20,446 nt of DNA. Origin: a candidate division WOR-3 bacterium. GTDB lineage: Bacteria; Hydrothermota; Tepidihabitantia; Tepidihabitantales; DTDR01. Shown here in pieces: positions 1 through 8,122 of the stretch. The first letter of the stretch is position 1. Every line of letters begins with the position of its first letter. The notes below the pieces were generated by a model. It was not told where the DNA came from. It worked only from the letters and a program-made list of their open reading frames with translations, and searched no databases. Location: NCBI GenBank assembly GCA_039801885.1, contig JBDRVN010000034.1, positions 1-20,446 on the forward strand, written 5' to 3'. The position numbers and the translations under genes were made by a program.

Positions 1-482
1 TCATCATCGCCATTGGGTAAAAGATAATCATATTCCACACTAAATTCCACCTCGTACCACTCTGCTCCTTCACTTTTTTGCCAAAAGATCTTAAAAGGTG
101 CTTGACTTTTCTCAATAATTGTCTCCTCTTTGGGATAAAGGATTTCAAAATCTTTGGGCATATAAACATCGGAAAAGGCTACACCATCTTGGTGTTCTAC
201 TTTTAATTTATAGCTTTGATTAGTAAAAAAAGGCGAATAATTTCCATAAAAGGCATAAGTAAAGGGTTCATTTCTTAACGGTAAAAGAGTATCGTTTACA
301 AAAACCTTAGGAATCATTTTAAATCCTCGGTAGTTATAAACACCGACCTCCTGAAAATATTTTACATTATCTTTAGTAAATTCCATCTTGGAAATCCACC
401 CTTGGATATAAACTTCCTCTTTCTTTTGACAGAAGAAGATATTAATTAAAATAATTAAAAATAAAATTCTTTTGTTTTTCAC
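1..482 (-). CDS. Putative lipoprotein or exported protein, 3'-truncated by the window edge (not in the ORF track)
   Basis: Hand translation from GTG at 482 gives MKNKRILFLIILINIFFCQKKREEVYIQGWISKMEF...YKLKVEHQDGVAFSDVYMPKDFEILYP...FKIFWQKSEGAEWYEVEF..., open to position 1. Basic N-terminus, hydrophobic stretch, then Cys18. GAGGT SD-like motif overlaps the end of dnaN. Confidence 0.8.
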   Translation of the reverse strand, partial: MKNKRILFLIILINIFFCQKKEEVYIQGWISKMEFTKDNVKYFQEVGVYNYRGFKMIPKVFVNDTLLPLRNEPFTYAFYGNYSPFFTNQSYKLKVEHQDGVAFSDVYMPKDFEILYPKEETIIEKSQAPFKIFWQKSEGAEWYEVEFSVEYDYLLPNGDD

Positions 483-484
483 AT

Positions 485-1612
485 TTACCTCTCGTAATGC
501 ATCGGCATTAAAAGATATAAAATTTCTTCATCTTCTTTTATTTTTTCCGGGATAATTTTCATCGCTGAACTAACGGAAGTAAAATAAATGGTGGCTTTAT
601 CACTTTCAATATGAGAAAGGATTTCTTGTAAATATATTGCATTTAAGGCAATTTCCATCCCTTCGCCAATATATTTACCGCCAACCTCTTCTTCTCCTCT
701 TCCTACTTCCGCCGATTCGGTAAAAAGTTTCACTTTTTCTTCTTTTAAATCCAAAATCACCATTCTTGTTTTATCTTCGGCACGGGAAAAGATTGATATC
801 CGTTTTAAACTTTTTAAAAATTCACTCACTTCAAAAACATAATAATTTTTTTCAGGCGGTGGTATTGCTTTTTCGTAATCCGGATAAGGACCTTCAATCA
901 AGCGAGAGATAAATAAATATTTCTCTTCTTCTAAATCATATTCAAAACCAATTTTGGATTCATCAAAATAAATTTTAACCTCTTTCACATCTTCTAAAAG
1001 TAACTCAAAGACGGTTGGCGGAATAATTAAGGCAATATTTTTACCAATTTCCTCTTCCATTCTTTTTTTATATAAAGATAGCCGATAACCATCGGTACCA
1101 ACAAAACGAAGTTCCTTATCCCTTATTTCTAAAAGGACACCGGTAAGAGCCGGACGGCTTGTTTCTTTAGAAACACAAAAACCAGTTTTTTTAAACATTT
1201 CAATTAAAAGAGAATTATTAAAGGTAAAAGAATTTTCTTTTGGTAGTTCTTCTCGTTTAGGAAAATCTTCCGGAGGAGCGGTAAGAAATTGATATTTTCC
1301 TTTTGCAGTCTTTAAAGAAAGACTATTTTCTTCCAAAAATAATTCCAAAAGGGGTTCAGAAATCTCTCGTAAACTTTCTAAAAGTTTCCGACCAAAAACT
1401 ACCGCCTCTCCTTCCTTTTTTATCGCATCTTTTCCTAACTTCTTTTCCACATAACACCAAGAGTCTAAATCTGTCGTATAGATTGAAAAATTTTCATTAT
1501 CGCAGGAAAGATAAATGTTTTGTAAAATCGGAAAAGTTGAACGACCGGGAACGATTTTTATTACTCTTTCTAACAATCTTTTAAAAATTTCGGTAGGAAT
1601 TTTTAATTGCAT
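485..1612 (-). CDS. dnaN: DNA polymerase III beta sliding clamp
   Basis: 375 aa. Motifs PILQNI, TDLD, RPALTGV, VGTDGYRLS, SRLIEGPYPDY, NAIYL and C-terminal LLMPM. Strong SD AAGGAGG at 1617-1623. Confidence 0.97.
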   Translation of the reverse strand: MQLKIPTEIFKRLLERVIKIVPGRSTFPILQNIYLSCDNENFSIYTTDLDSWCYVEKKLGKDAIKKEGEAVVFGRKLLESLREISEPLLELFLEENSLSLKTAKGKYQFLTAPPEDFPKREELPKENSFTFNNSLLIEMFKKTGFCVSKETSRPALTGVLLEIRDKELRFVGTDGYRLSLYKKRMEEEIGKNIALIIPPTVFELLLEDVKEVKIYFDESKIGFEYDLEEEKYLFISRLIEGPYPDYEKAIPPPEKNYYVFEVSEFLKSLKRISIFSRAEDKTRMVILDLKEEKVKLFTESAEVGRGEEEVGGKYIGEGMEIALNAIYLQEILSHIESDKATIYFTSVSSAMKIIPEKIKEDEEILYLLMPMHYER

Positions 1613-1622
1613 AAATCCTCCT

Positions 1623-2987
1623 TTAATTTAACACTTCCTTTAAACCTTTTATTAATAACTTTATTTCCTCTTCTCTTATCGTTCGGAAATCTAATAAAAA
1701 ACTATCTTTTTCTATTCTTCCATAAATTGAAATCTCTCCTTTTCTTAATTTCCTTGCCAGGTCTTCCACATTTTTATCTTTAATTCTTAAAAGATAACTT
1801 TTTAACTTAACTCCGGGCAAAGAACCACCGCCAATTTCTGATTCGCCAGAAAGAATAGCCAATTGATATTTCTCTTTTTTATCTTTTAAAGCATTATACA
1901 CCTTTTTTGCCATTTTTTTAATTTCCTCTTCTTTTTTTAAAATCATTCTTATTACCTCGTGTTCTTTTAATAATTTTTCTTCATCAAAAAAAAGTCTTAA
2001 AGTATTCTCTAAAATAGCCAATCTTGTTTTATCAACTCTTAAAATCCTCATAACTGGATGAGAAGCAAGTTTTCTAACATACTCTTTTTTACCGACAATT
2101 ATTCCGCATTGCGGACCACCAATAAGTTTGTCACCGGAAAAACAAACCAAACTTGCTCCCTTTTCAATACTCTCTTTTACTATTGGCTCTTTAGGAAGAT
2201 TATATTGAGAAAAATCCAAAAAGGCACCACTACCTAAATCATCTACCACCGGAATCCCATATTTATCTCCCAGTTTTACCAATTCCTCAATTGAGACCTC
2301 TTTGGTAAAACCAATAATTCGGTAATTGCTTTTATGAACCTTTAAAATTAAACCGGTATTTTCATTAATCGCCCGCTCATAATCTCGGAAATGGGTGCGA
2401 TTAGTTGTGCCCACTTCTTTTAAAATCACGCCGGCTGCTTTCATCACCTCCGGCAAACGAAAGGCACCACCAATTTCAATCAGTTCTCCCCGGGAAATAA
2501 TTACCTCCTTTCCTTCTGCTAATGCCCTTAATATCAAAAAAGTAGCACCAGCATTATTATTACAAACCAAACCCGCCTCAGCACCCGTTAAAGCAATCAA
2601 AAGCTTTTCAATATGACGCATCCGACTACCTCTTCTCCCATCTTCTTCATTTATTTCTAAATTACAAAATCCTTCCAAAAGTTGCGAAACCTTTTCTTTT
2701 ATATTTTTAACATAAGGAGCACGACCTAAACCGGTATGAAGAATTATTCCTAATCCATTAATCACTCTTTTTAAACTGGGAGAAACCGCTTTTTTAACCC
2801 TTTCTAAAATTTCCTTTTTATTTACCTCTTCTTTTTTACCTGCCATTATCTCTTCTCTTATTTGCTCAATCTCATCCCTCAAAAAATATAAAACCAGATT
2901 TTTAGGATATATTTCCATCAATTTTTTTATTTCGTCTTCATTTAATAAACTATTAATAGAAGGTATTTTTCTCAATATTTCATTCAT
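1623..2987 (-). CDS. selA: L-seryl-tRNA(Sec) selenium transferase (selenocysteine synthase)
   Basis: 454 aa. LRKIPSIN start, VINGLGIILHTGLGRAP, NNNAGA, SRGELIEIGGAFRLP, EVGTTNRTH, DLGSG, PLP-lysine motif FSGDKLIGGPQ, GGGSLP, LLDFRTI. Confidence 0.96.
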   Translation of the reverse strand: MNEILRKIPSINSLLNEDEIKKLMEIYPKNLVLYFLRDEIEQIREEIMAGKKEEVNKKEILERVKKAVSPSLKRVINGLGIILHTGLGRAPYVKNIKEKVSQLLEGFCNLEINEEDGRRGSRMRHIEKLLIALTGAEAGLVCNNNAGATFLILRALAEGKEVIISRGELIEIGGAFRLPEVMKAAGVILKEVGTTNRTHFRDYERAINENTGLILKVHKSNYRIIGFTKEVSIEELVKLGDKYGIPVVDDLGSGAFLDFSQYNLPKEPIVKESIEKGASLVCFSGDKLIGGPQCGIIVGKKEYVRKLASHPVMRILRVDKTRLAILENTLRLFFDEEKLLKEHEVIRMILKKEEEIKKMAKKVYNALKDKKEKYQLAILSGESEIGGGSLPGVKLKSYLLRIKDKNVEDLARKLRKGEISIYGRIEKDSFLLDFRTIREEEIKLLIKGLKEVLN

Positions 2988-4029
2988 CTACTTTTCCTTT
3001 TAATACTTTTTTAACAAGCGCCGCTCTTTTATAATCTCTTTCTTCTTCGCTAAGATTTTCGTCTTTCAAATAATACATCAAATTAGCCTTTTTCACAAGA
3101 ATAGTAAGAATATTAATTGTTAAGATAGAGACTTTTTTTATTATCCCCACGCAAACCCCCAATCGCAAAGTGGATAAAAGATTAATCGCTTCTTCGGAAG
3201 TTAAAAGTGTGGCATTAGTTAATATTCCATAGGCACGCCAAACTCTATCCTCAATTTCATTTTTTAAATTCTTCAAAAGATAATCCCTGGCTTTTCGTTC
3301 ATAATTAATAACTTGTATTATCAAATTTTTTGTATTTGTCATAATCTCCTCTTCTTTCATCCCAATTGTAAATTGATTAGCGATTTGAAAATAACTACCA
3401 ATTGTCTTTGTTCCTTCACCATAGATTCCTCTAATCAAAAAGCCAATACTTCTTGCCGCTTTTATTACTTTTTCCATATCATTAGTTAAAATTAATCCGG
3501 GTAAATGGAGCATTCCACTCGCTCGCATGCCGGTTCCCAAATTTGTGGGACAAGCAGTTAAAAAACCAAACTTTTCCGAAAAGGCATAAGGCAACTCTTT
3601 TTCTAATTTATCATCAATCTCATTTATTTTTACAAAAATTTCGTCTAAGGAAAATCCTTCTCCTAAAACCTGTAAACGTAAATGATCTTCCTCATTCACC
3701 ATAATGCTAATTTTCTCTTCGGAATCAATAAACACACCCTTTTTATTTTTACTTAAAACAAAATCAGGAGAGACTAAATGCCTTTCTAAAAGATAACTTA
3801 AAAAAATTTCGTTAAGCTGCTCATCGCTATAAAATTGGAAACTATTTAATTGGGTAATAACCTCTTTTATCTCTTCAATAACCTCTTCTTGTTCTTTTAA
3901 ACTAGCTTTTAAAAGGAAAAAATGATTATCCAAGTTTCGCGCAAATCTTATCCGCGAAGAAACACAAACATCCGATTCTTCGCGAATTTCTCTTAAAAAT
4001 CCTGGTATTAAATTCTTACTCAATTTCAT
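2980..4029 (-). CDS. mcsB: Protein arginine kinase McsB
   Basis: SSRIRFARNL, LLERHLVS, MVNEEDHLRLQ, GFLTACPTNLGTGMRAS, RGIYGEG, QIANQ and C-terminal RDxxRA (RDYKRA). Directly follows mcsA. Confidence 0.95.
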   Translation of the reverse strand: MKLSKNLIPGFLREIREESDVCVSSRIRFARNLDNHFFLLKASLKEQEEVIEEIKEVITQLNSFQFYSDEQLNEIFLSYLLERHLVSPDFVLSKNKKGVFIDSEEKISIMVNEEDHLRLQVLGEGFSLDEIFVKINEIDDKLEKELPYAFSEKFGFLTACPTNLGTGMRASGMLHLPGLILTNDMEKVIKAARSIGFLIRGIYGEGTKTIGSYFQIANQFTIGMKEEEIMTNTKNLIIQVINYERKARDYLLKNLKNEIEDRVWRAYGILTNATLLTSEEAINLLSTLRLGVCVGIIKKVSILTINILTILVKKANLMYYLKDENLSEEERDYKRAALVKKVLKGKVDE

Positions 4030-4549
4030 CTTTTTTTAACTCACTCTCTTTTTCTTTTAGTCTATCTCTAATTTTTGCTGCCTGCTCATAATCCTCTTCT
4101 TCAATTGCTTTTTTTAATTCTATTTTTAATTTTTTAATTTCGGAGAGCAAAAGGCTCTTTTTTGCTCCAAGGGTAATTCTTTTCCCTTTATGAAAAGCTT
4201 CATTTTCTCTTTCACGAATAGTTGTTTGAAGACGTTTAATAAAAGGAATTAATCGCTCTTCAAAAGTTTTGAAACAATCCGGACAACCAAATTTACCATA
4301 TTTTTTAAATTCATAAAAAGAAAGAAAACAACGGGGACATTTAAGTTCTTTATCTTCTTTTTCTTTTGCCTTAAGCATTATTTTTAAAATTTCATCAAGA
4401 TTCAATGTTTTATCACTTTCTAAAACCCCTTTTTTCTTCGCACATTCTTCACAAATTGCAATCTCTATTTTATTTCCTTTTTCATCAATTTCCGTAACTA
4501 CCATTACCGCAACGTTTTTATGGCAAATTTGACAAAGATTTTCTTCCAT
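4016..4549 (-). CDS. mcsA: McsB activator McsA (CxxC zinc motifs plus UVR domain)
   Basis: Four CxxC motifs (CQIC, CEEC, CPRC, CPDC), HKGK, and C-terminal UVR motif AIEEEDYEQAAKIRD. Confidence 0.94.
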   Translation of the reverse strand: MEENLCQICHKNVAVMVVTEIDEKGNKIEIAICEECAKKKGVLESDKTLNLDEILKIMLKAKEKEDKELKCPRCFLSFYEFKKYGKFGCPDCFKTFEERLIPFIKRLQTTIRERENEAFHKGKRITLGAKKSLLLSEIKKLKIELKKAIEEEDYEQAAKIRDRLKEKESELKKDEIE

Positions 4550-4550
4550 A

Positions 4551-5231
4551 TTAAATTAACTTTATTAAATGTCCATCTTTTAAAAAATATTTCTCATTAC
4601 AAATATCTTTTATCTTTTCATTATGAGAAACTACCAGGATTGTTAAATTTCTTCTTTGATAGATTTCCATAATTATTGATAAAATTATTTCGCTACTTCT
4701 CAAATCCAAATTACCGGTTGGTTCATCCAAAAATAAAACCTTTGGCTCACCAACCAAAGCCCGAGCAATACTTACCTTTTGTCTTTCACCACCCGATAAA
4801 TCTTTTGGGTATAACTTAATTTTATCAATAATTTCTAATTCTTCAAGAATTTTTTTAACTTTCTTTTTTGCCATCTCTTCTTTTTCACCCCGAATTAATA
4901 AGGGCACCATCACATTCTCTAAAACATTAAACTCCGGTAGAAGATAATGAAACTGAAAGAGAAAACCAAACTTTTCATTTCTTAATCTAAACAATTTTTC
5001 TGGCGATAGTCTTTTTAAATCTTCATCGAAAACTTTCACAATTCCTTCGGTCGGGTAGTCTAAACCGGAAAGAATATGAAGCAAAGTTGACTTACCACTT
5101 CCCGAAGGTCCAAAAATTCCGTAAATATTTTTTTCATAAATAGTTAAATCAATTCCTTTCAGCACCTCCGTTTTGGTAGAGTTATCATAGTATATTTTTT
5201 TTATCCCAATTGCTTCAATTATCTTATTCAT
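4551..5231 (-). CDS. lolD: Lipoprotein-releasing ABC transporter ATP-binding subunit (LolD-like)
   Basis: Walker A GPSGSGKST, FQFHYLLPEFNVLENV, LSGGERQ, Walker B LFLDEPTGNLD, and H-loop VSHN. Likely start is ATG 5231 (MNKIIEA), overlapping the permease stop; the track start is 5246. Confidence 0.9.
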   Translation of the reverse strand: MNKIIEAIGIKKIYYDNSTKTEVLKGIDLTIYEKNIYGIFGPSGSGKSTLLHILSGLDYPTEGIVKVFDEDLKRLSPEKLFRLRNEKFGFLFQFHYLLPEFNVLENVMVPLLIRGEKEEMAKKKVKKILEELEIIDKIKLYPKDLSGGERQKVSIARALVGEPKVLFLDEPTGNLDLRSSEIILSIIMEIYQRRNLTILVVSHNEKIKDICNEKYFLKDGHLIKLI

Positions 5232-6429
5232 AACGTAAAGCATCAACTACTACTAAACTTGCTGCCTTTCTTGCGGGATAGATAGAAGCCAGTAGCGAAA
5301 TAGCCAGGGCGACGAAGATAGTTATTACCACATCAGTAAAAAAAAGTTTTGTCGGCAGATATTTAATAAAATAGACATCGGCGGGCAGATTAATAATCGG
5401 ATATTTTGACAAAATAAAAGAGATAAAAACACCAATTATTGCACCAATTATCGCGCCAAAAAAACCAACAAAAAATCCATAATAGAGAAAAATCTTCGTA
5501 ATTCTTTTGGTATTGCTACCCATTGCTTTTAAAATACCTATCTCCTTTGTCTTTCTTACGACCAGCATTGTTAAAGTAGCAACTATTCCAAAACAGGCAA
5601 TAATAATTAAAAGAGTTAAAACAATAAAAGTTACCACTTTTTCTAATTTTAAAGCGGCGAAGAGATTTTTGTTCAAAGTCTGCCAATCTATTGCCTGATA
5701 AGGATAAGGAAGTAATTTATTTATTCTTTTTGCCAATTCCCTTGCTTTATATAGGTTTTTCATTTTTAACTCCAAACCAGTTACCCGATTTCCGCAATCT
5801 AAAAGTCTTTGGGCAGTTTCTAAATCAATATAAACCAAACTGGCATTATAATCATACATTCCCGCATCAAAAATTCCTTTAACAATAAAATTTTCGGCTT
5901 TTGGTAGATAACCAAAGGGTGTTTTAATCGCCGCAAAGGGAGAATATAAGGTAACTTGGTCACCAACCGAAACAGAAAGAACCTTTGCCAAATCAATACC
6001 CAAAACAATTCCTGGCTGGGAACTGGAAGAGAAATCAAAAGCTCCTAAAATAATATTCTTTTCAATATCTAAACTTTTTTTCTCATTTTCCGGAATTATT
6101 CCGCGTAAAACAATTCCGTCAGAATAATGGAAACTTTTTATTAAGGTCTTAGTAAAAATAAAAGGAGTTAAAAATTCTATCTCTTTAATCTCTTTTAAAA
6201 TATTTACCAAAGAATCGGCATTCTCAATAAACTCATAATTTCTTTTAATAATAATCAGATGGGGTGTGTGACCCAAAATTCTTTTTTCTAATTCTAAATG
6301 AAACCCGTTCATTACCGAAAGGACAATAATAATACAAGCAACTCCCAAAGCAACGCTACCGATATTGATTAAGGAAATCAATTTCTTTCCTTTAATATAT
6401 TTTAAGGCAACAAATCTTTCAAAATTCAT
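5224..6429 (-). CDS. lolE: Lipoprotein-releasing ABC transporter permease (LolC/E family)
   Basis: GVACIIIVLSVMNGF, periplasmic domain, DWQTLNKNLFAALKLEK, KEIGILKAMG, YPARKAA. ATGA overlap with the lysS stop. C versus E cannot be resolved. Confidence 0.88.
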   Translation of the reverse strand: MNFERFVALKYIKGKKLISLINIGSVALGVACIIIVLSVMNGFHLELEKRILGHTPHLIIIKRNYEFIENADSLVNILKEIKEIEFLTPFIFTKTLIKSFHYSDGIVLRGIIPENEKKSLDIEKNIILGAFDFSSSSQPGIVLGIDLAKVLSVSVGDQVTLYSPFAAIKTPFGYLPKAENFIVKGIFDAGMYDYNASLVYIDLETAQRLLDCGNRVTGLELKMKNLYKARELAKRINKLLPYPYQAIDWQTLNKNLFAALKLEKVVTFIVLTLLIIIACFGIVATLTMLVVRKTKEIGILKAMGSNTKRITKIFLYYGFFVGFFGAIIGAIIGVFISFILSKYPIINLPADVYFIKYLPTKLFFTDVVITIFVALAISLLASIYPARKAASLVVVDALRYE

Positions 6430-8084
6430 TTCTCTTTTAATTGGGGAAAGAGAATTACTTCTCTAATTGCTGATTGATTAGTCAATATCATAACCAACCG
6501 GTCAATACCAATTCCCAAACCACCGCTCGGCGGCATACCGTACTCTAAGGCACAAATAAAATCTTCGTCCAAAGGGGTTTCATCCTCTTTTAATCTCAAA
6601 AGTTCTAAGAAACTCTCTTTTTGTCTTTGCGGATCATTCTCTTCGGAAAAGGCATTACCTAATTCAATTCCACCAATAAAAATTTCAAACCTTTCACATA
6701 ATAAAGGATTTTCCCGATGGGGTTTAGCCAAAGGAGTAGTAATTCTGGGGTGGTCAATCACAAAAGTTGGTTGGATAAGATATTTTTGAATTAAAGAAGA
6801 AAAGAGCTTATCTAACAATTTAGTTTTCGTTATCTCCTCTTTAAAATCTATCCCCAATTCTTTTGCTTTTTCTTTCAAAAACTTAAAAGGAATTTGTAAA
6901 ATATCTATCCCTAAAATTTCGTTTAAACTTTCGGTAAATTTTATTCTTTTAAAAGGCGGTTTTGTTTCAATCAAAAATTCAATTTCTGTATATCTTTCGC
7001 TACTTTTTTCTTCTCTATAGGACAGATTATTTCCCTTACAAAAATTAATCAACTCTTCACAGAAAGAGAGATATTCCTTTTCTTCATTATCTTTCTCTTT
7101 TGAATAGTAAATATTAATTTTATTAATATTAATTCCCTTCTCTTTTAACTCTTTAATCCTTAAAAAGATCTCTCTTCGGTTCTCTTCATCGTAATAAAAT
7201 TTTTCGCCGTAAATAAACTTATCATCATTATATAAATTCTTTACTAAAAAAAGAAATAGTTCTTCAAAAAGTTCCATCATTGTATAATAATCAGCATAGG
7301 CTTGATAGATTTCAATCTGGGTAAATTCTGGAGAATGGAACCGACTTATTCCTTCGTTTCGAAAATCCTTACCAATCTCGTAAACCCTTTCCAAATTACC
7401 AATTAACAATCTTTTAAGATAAAGCTCATCAGAAATCCTTAAATAAAATTCTTTATCCAAACTTTCATAAAAAGTTTTAAAAGGTGTGGCAAAAGCACCG
7501 CCATAAATTGGCTGTAAAATAGGTGTCTCCACTTCAATAAACCCTTTCTTATCAAGAAATTCACGGATTAAAGAAACAATCTTACTTCTTTTTAAAAAAA
7601 CTTCTCTTACTTCTTGGTTATTTAACAGATCTAAATATCTTTGGCGATAACGCAACTCTCTATCTCTTAATCCATGATATTTCTCACCAAAAGGTCTTAA
7701 TGACTTACTAAGTAGAACAAAATCCTTTACCAAAATAGTAATCTCACCAGTCTTTGTTTTAAAAACCTCACCGGAAACACCAATAAAATCGCCAATATCA
7801 AAAAGGTCTAAAAGTTCGTATTTCTCATTTAACATATCTTTTCGAAAATAAACTTGAATCTTATCATAACCATCAGCAATTGTATAAAACTTTGTCTTAC
7901 CAAAATCCCTTTCTAAATATATCCGACCGGCAACCCGAATCTCTTGTTTATTCTCAATAAATTTTTCATAATTTTCTTTAATTTCTCTACTTGTGTGAGT
8001 TCTCAAAAAAGAATAAGGATAGGAATTAATTTTCAGCTCTTTTAATTTCCTAATCTTTTCTTTTCTAATCTCGTATTCATCCAT
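6426..8084 (-). CDS. lysS: Lysine--tRNA ligase, class II, with a ~75-aa insertion
   Basis: OB-fold (VAGRI, GDFIGVSGEVFKTKTGEITI), RYRQRYLDL, FIEVETPILQ, ELYLKRL, FRNEG, and motif 3 YGMPPSGGLGIGIDRL. Likely start is ATG 8084; the track's TTG at 8120 is part of a -35-like hexamer. Confidence 0.96.
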   Translation of the reverse strand: MDEYEIRKEKIRKLKELKINSYPYSFLRTHTSREIKENYEKFIENKQEIRVAGRIYLERDFGKTKFYTIADGYDKIQVYFRKDMLNEKYELLDLFDIGDFIGVSGEVFKTKTGEITILVKDFVLLSKSLRPFGEKYHGLRDRELRYRQRYLDLLNNQEVREVFLKRSKIVSLIREFLDKKGFIEVETPILQPIYGGAFATPFKTFYESLDKEFYLRISDELYLKRLLIGNLERVYEIGKDFRNEGISRFHSPEFTQIEIYQAYADYYTMMELFEELFLFLVKNLYNDDKFIYGEKFYYDEENRREIFLRIKELKEKGININKINIYYSKEKDNEEKEYLSFCEELINFCKGNNLSYREEKSSERYTEIEFLIETKPPFKRIKFTESLNEILGIDILQIPFKFLKEKAKELGIDFKEEITKTKLLDKLFSSLIQKYLIQPTFVIDHPRITTPLAKPHRENPLLCERFEIFIGGIELGNAFSEENDPQRQKESFLELLRLKEDETPLDEDFICALEYGMPPSGGLGIGIDRLVMILTNQSAIREVILFPQLKEK

Positions 8085-8092
8085 AGATAAAA

Positions 8093-8120
8093 ATTTTAAA
8101 GGAAATAAAGGAAAAGTCAA
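8093..8120 (-). promoter_or_regulatory. Sigma70-like promoter of the lysS operon
   Basis: TTGACT (8120-8115), 16 nt, TAAAAT (8098-8093), 8 nt, ATG. No SD motif. Confidence 0.55.
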
Positions 8121-8122
8121 TC

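Noticed and set aside
485-1622. Replication origin near dnaN
   Set aside because: No dnaA, no intergenic space, and no DnaA-box cluster seen.
1303-2616. Plus-strand ORFs 1303-1584 and 2395-2616
   Set aside because: Antisense shadows of dnaN and selA with no recognisable motifs.
3953-3984. 9-bp inverted repeat cgcgaagaa/ttcttcgcg near the 5' end of mcsB
   Set aside because: Inside coding sequence with a 14-nt loop, partly dictated by the SSR motif, and compatible with chance.
5507-6038. ORFs 5507-5698 (+), 5691-5882 (+) and 5820-6038 (-)
   Set aside because: Short and wholly inside the lolC/E gene in other frames.
6978-7205. LysRS insertion as a mini-intein or intron
   Set aside because: No Cys/Ser/Thr splice junctions or terminal His-Asn, too short, and the frame is continuous.
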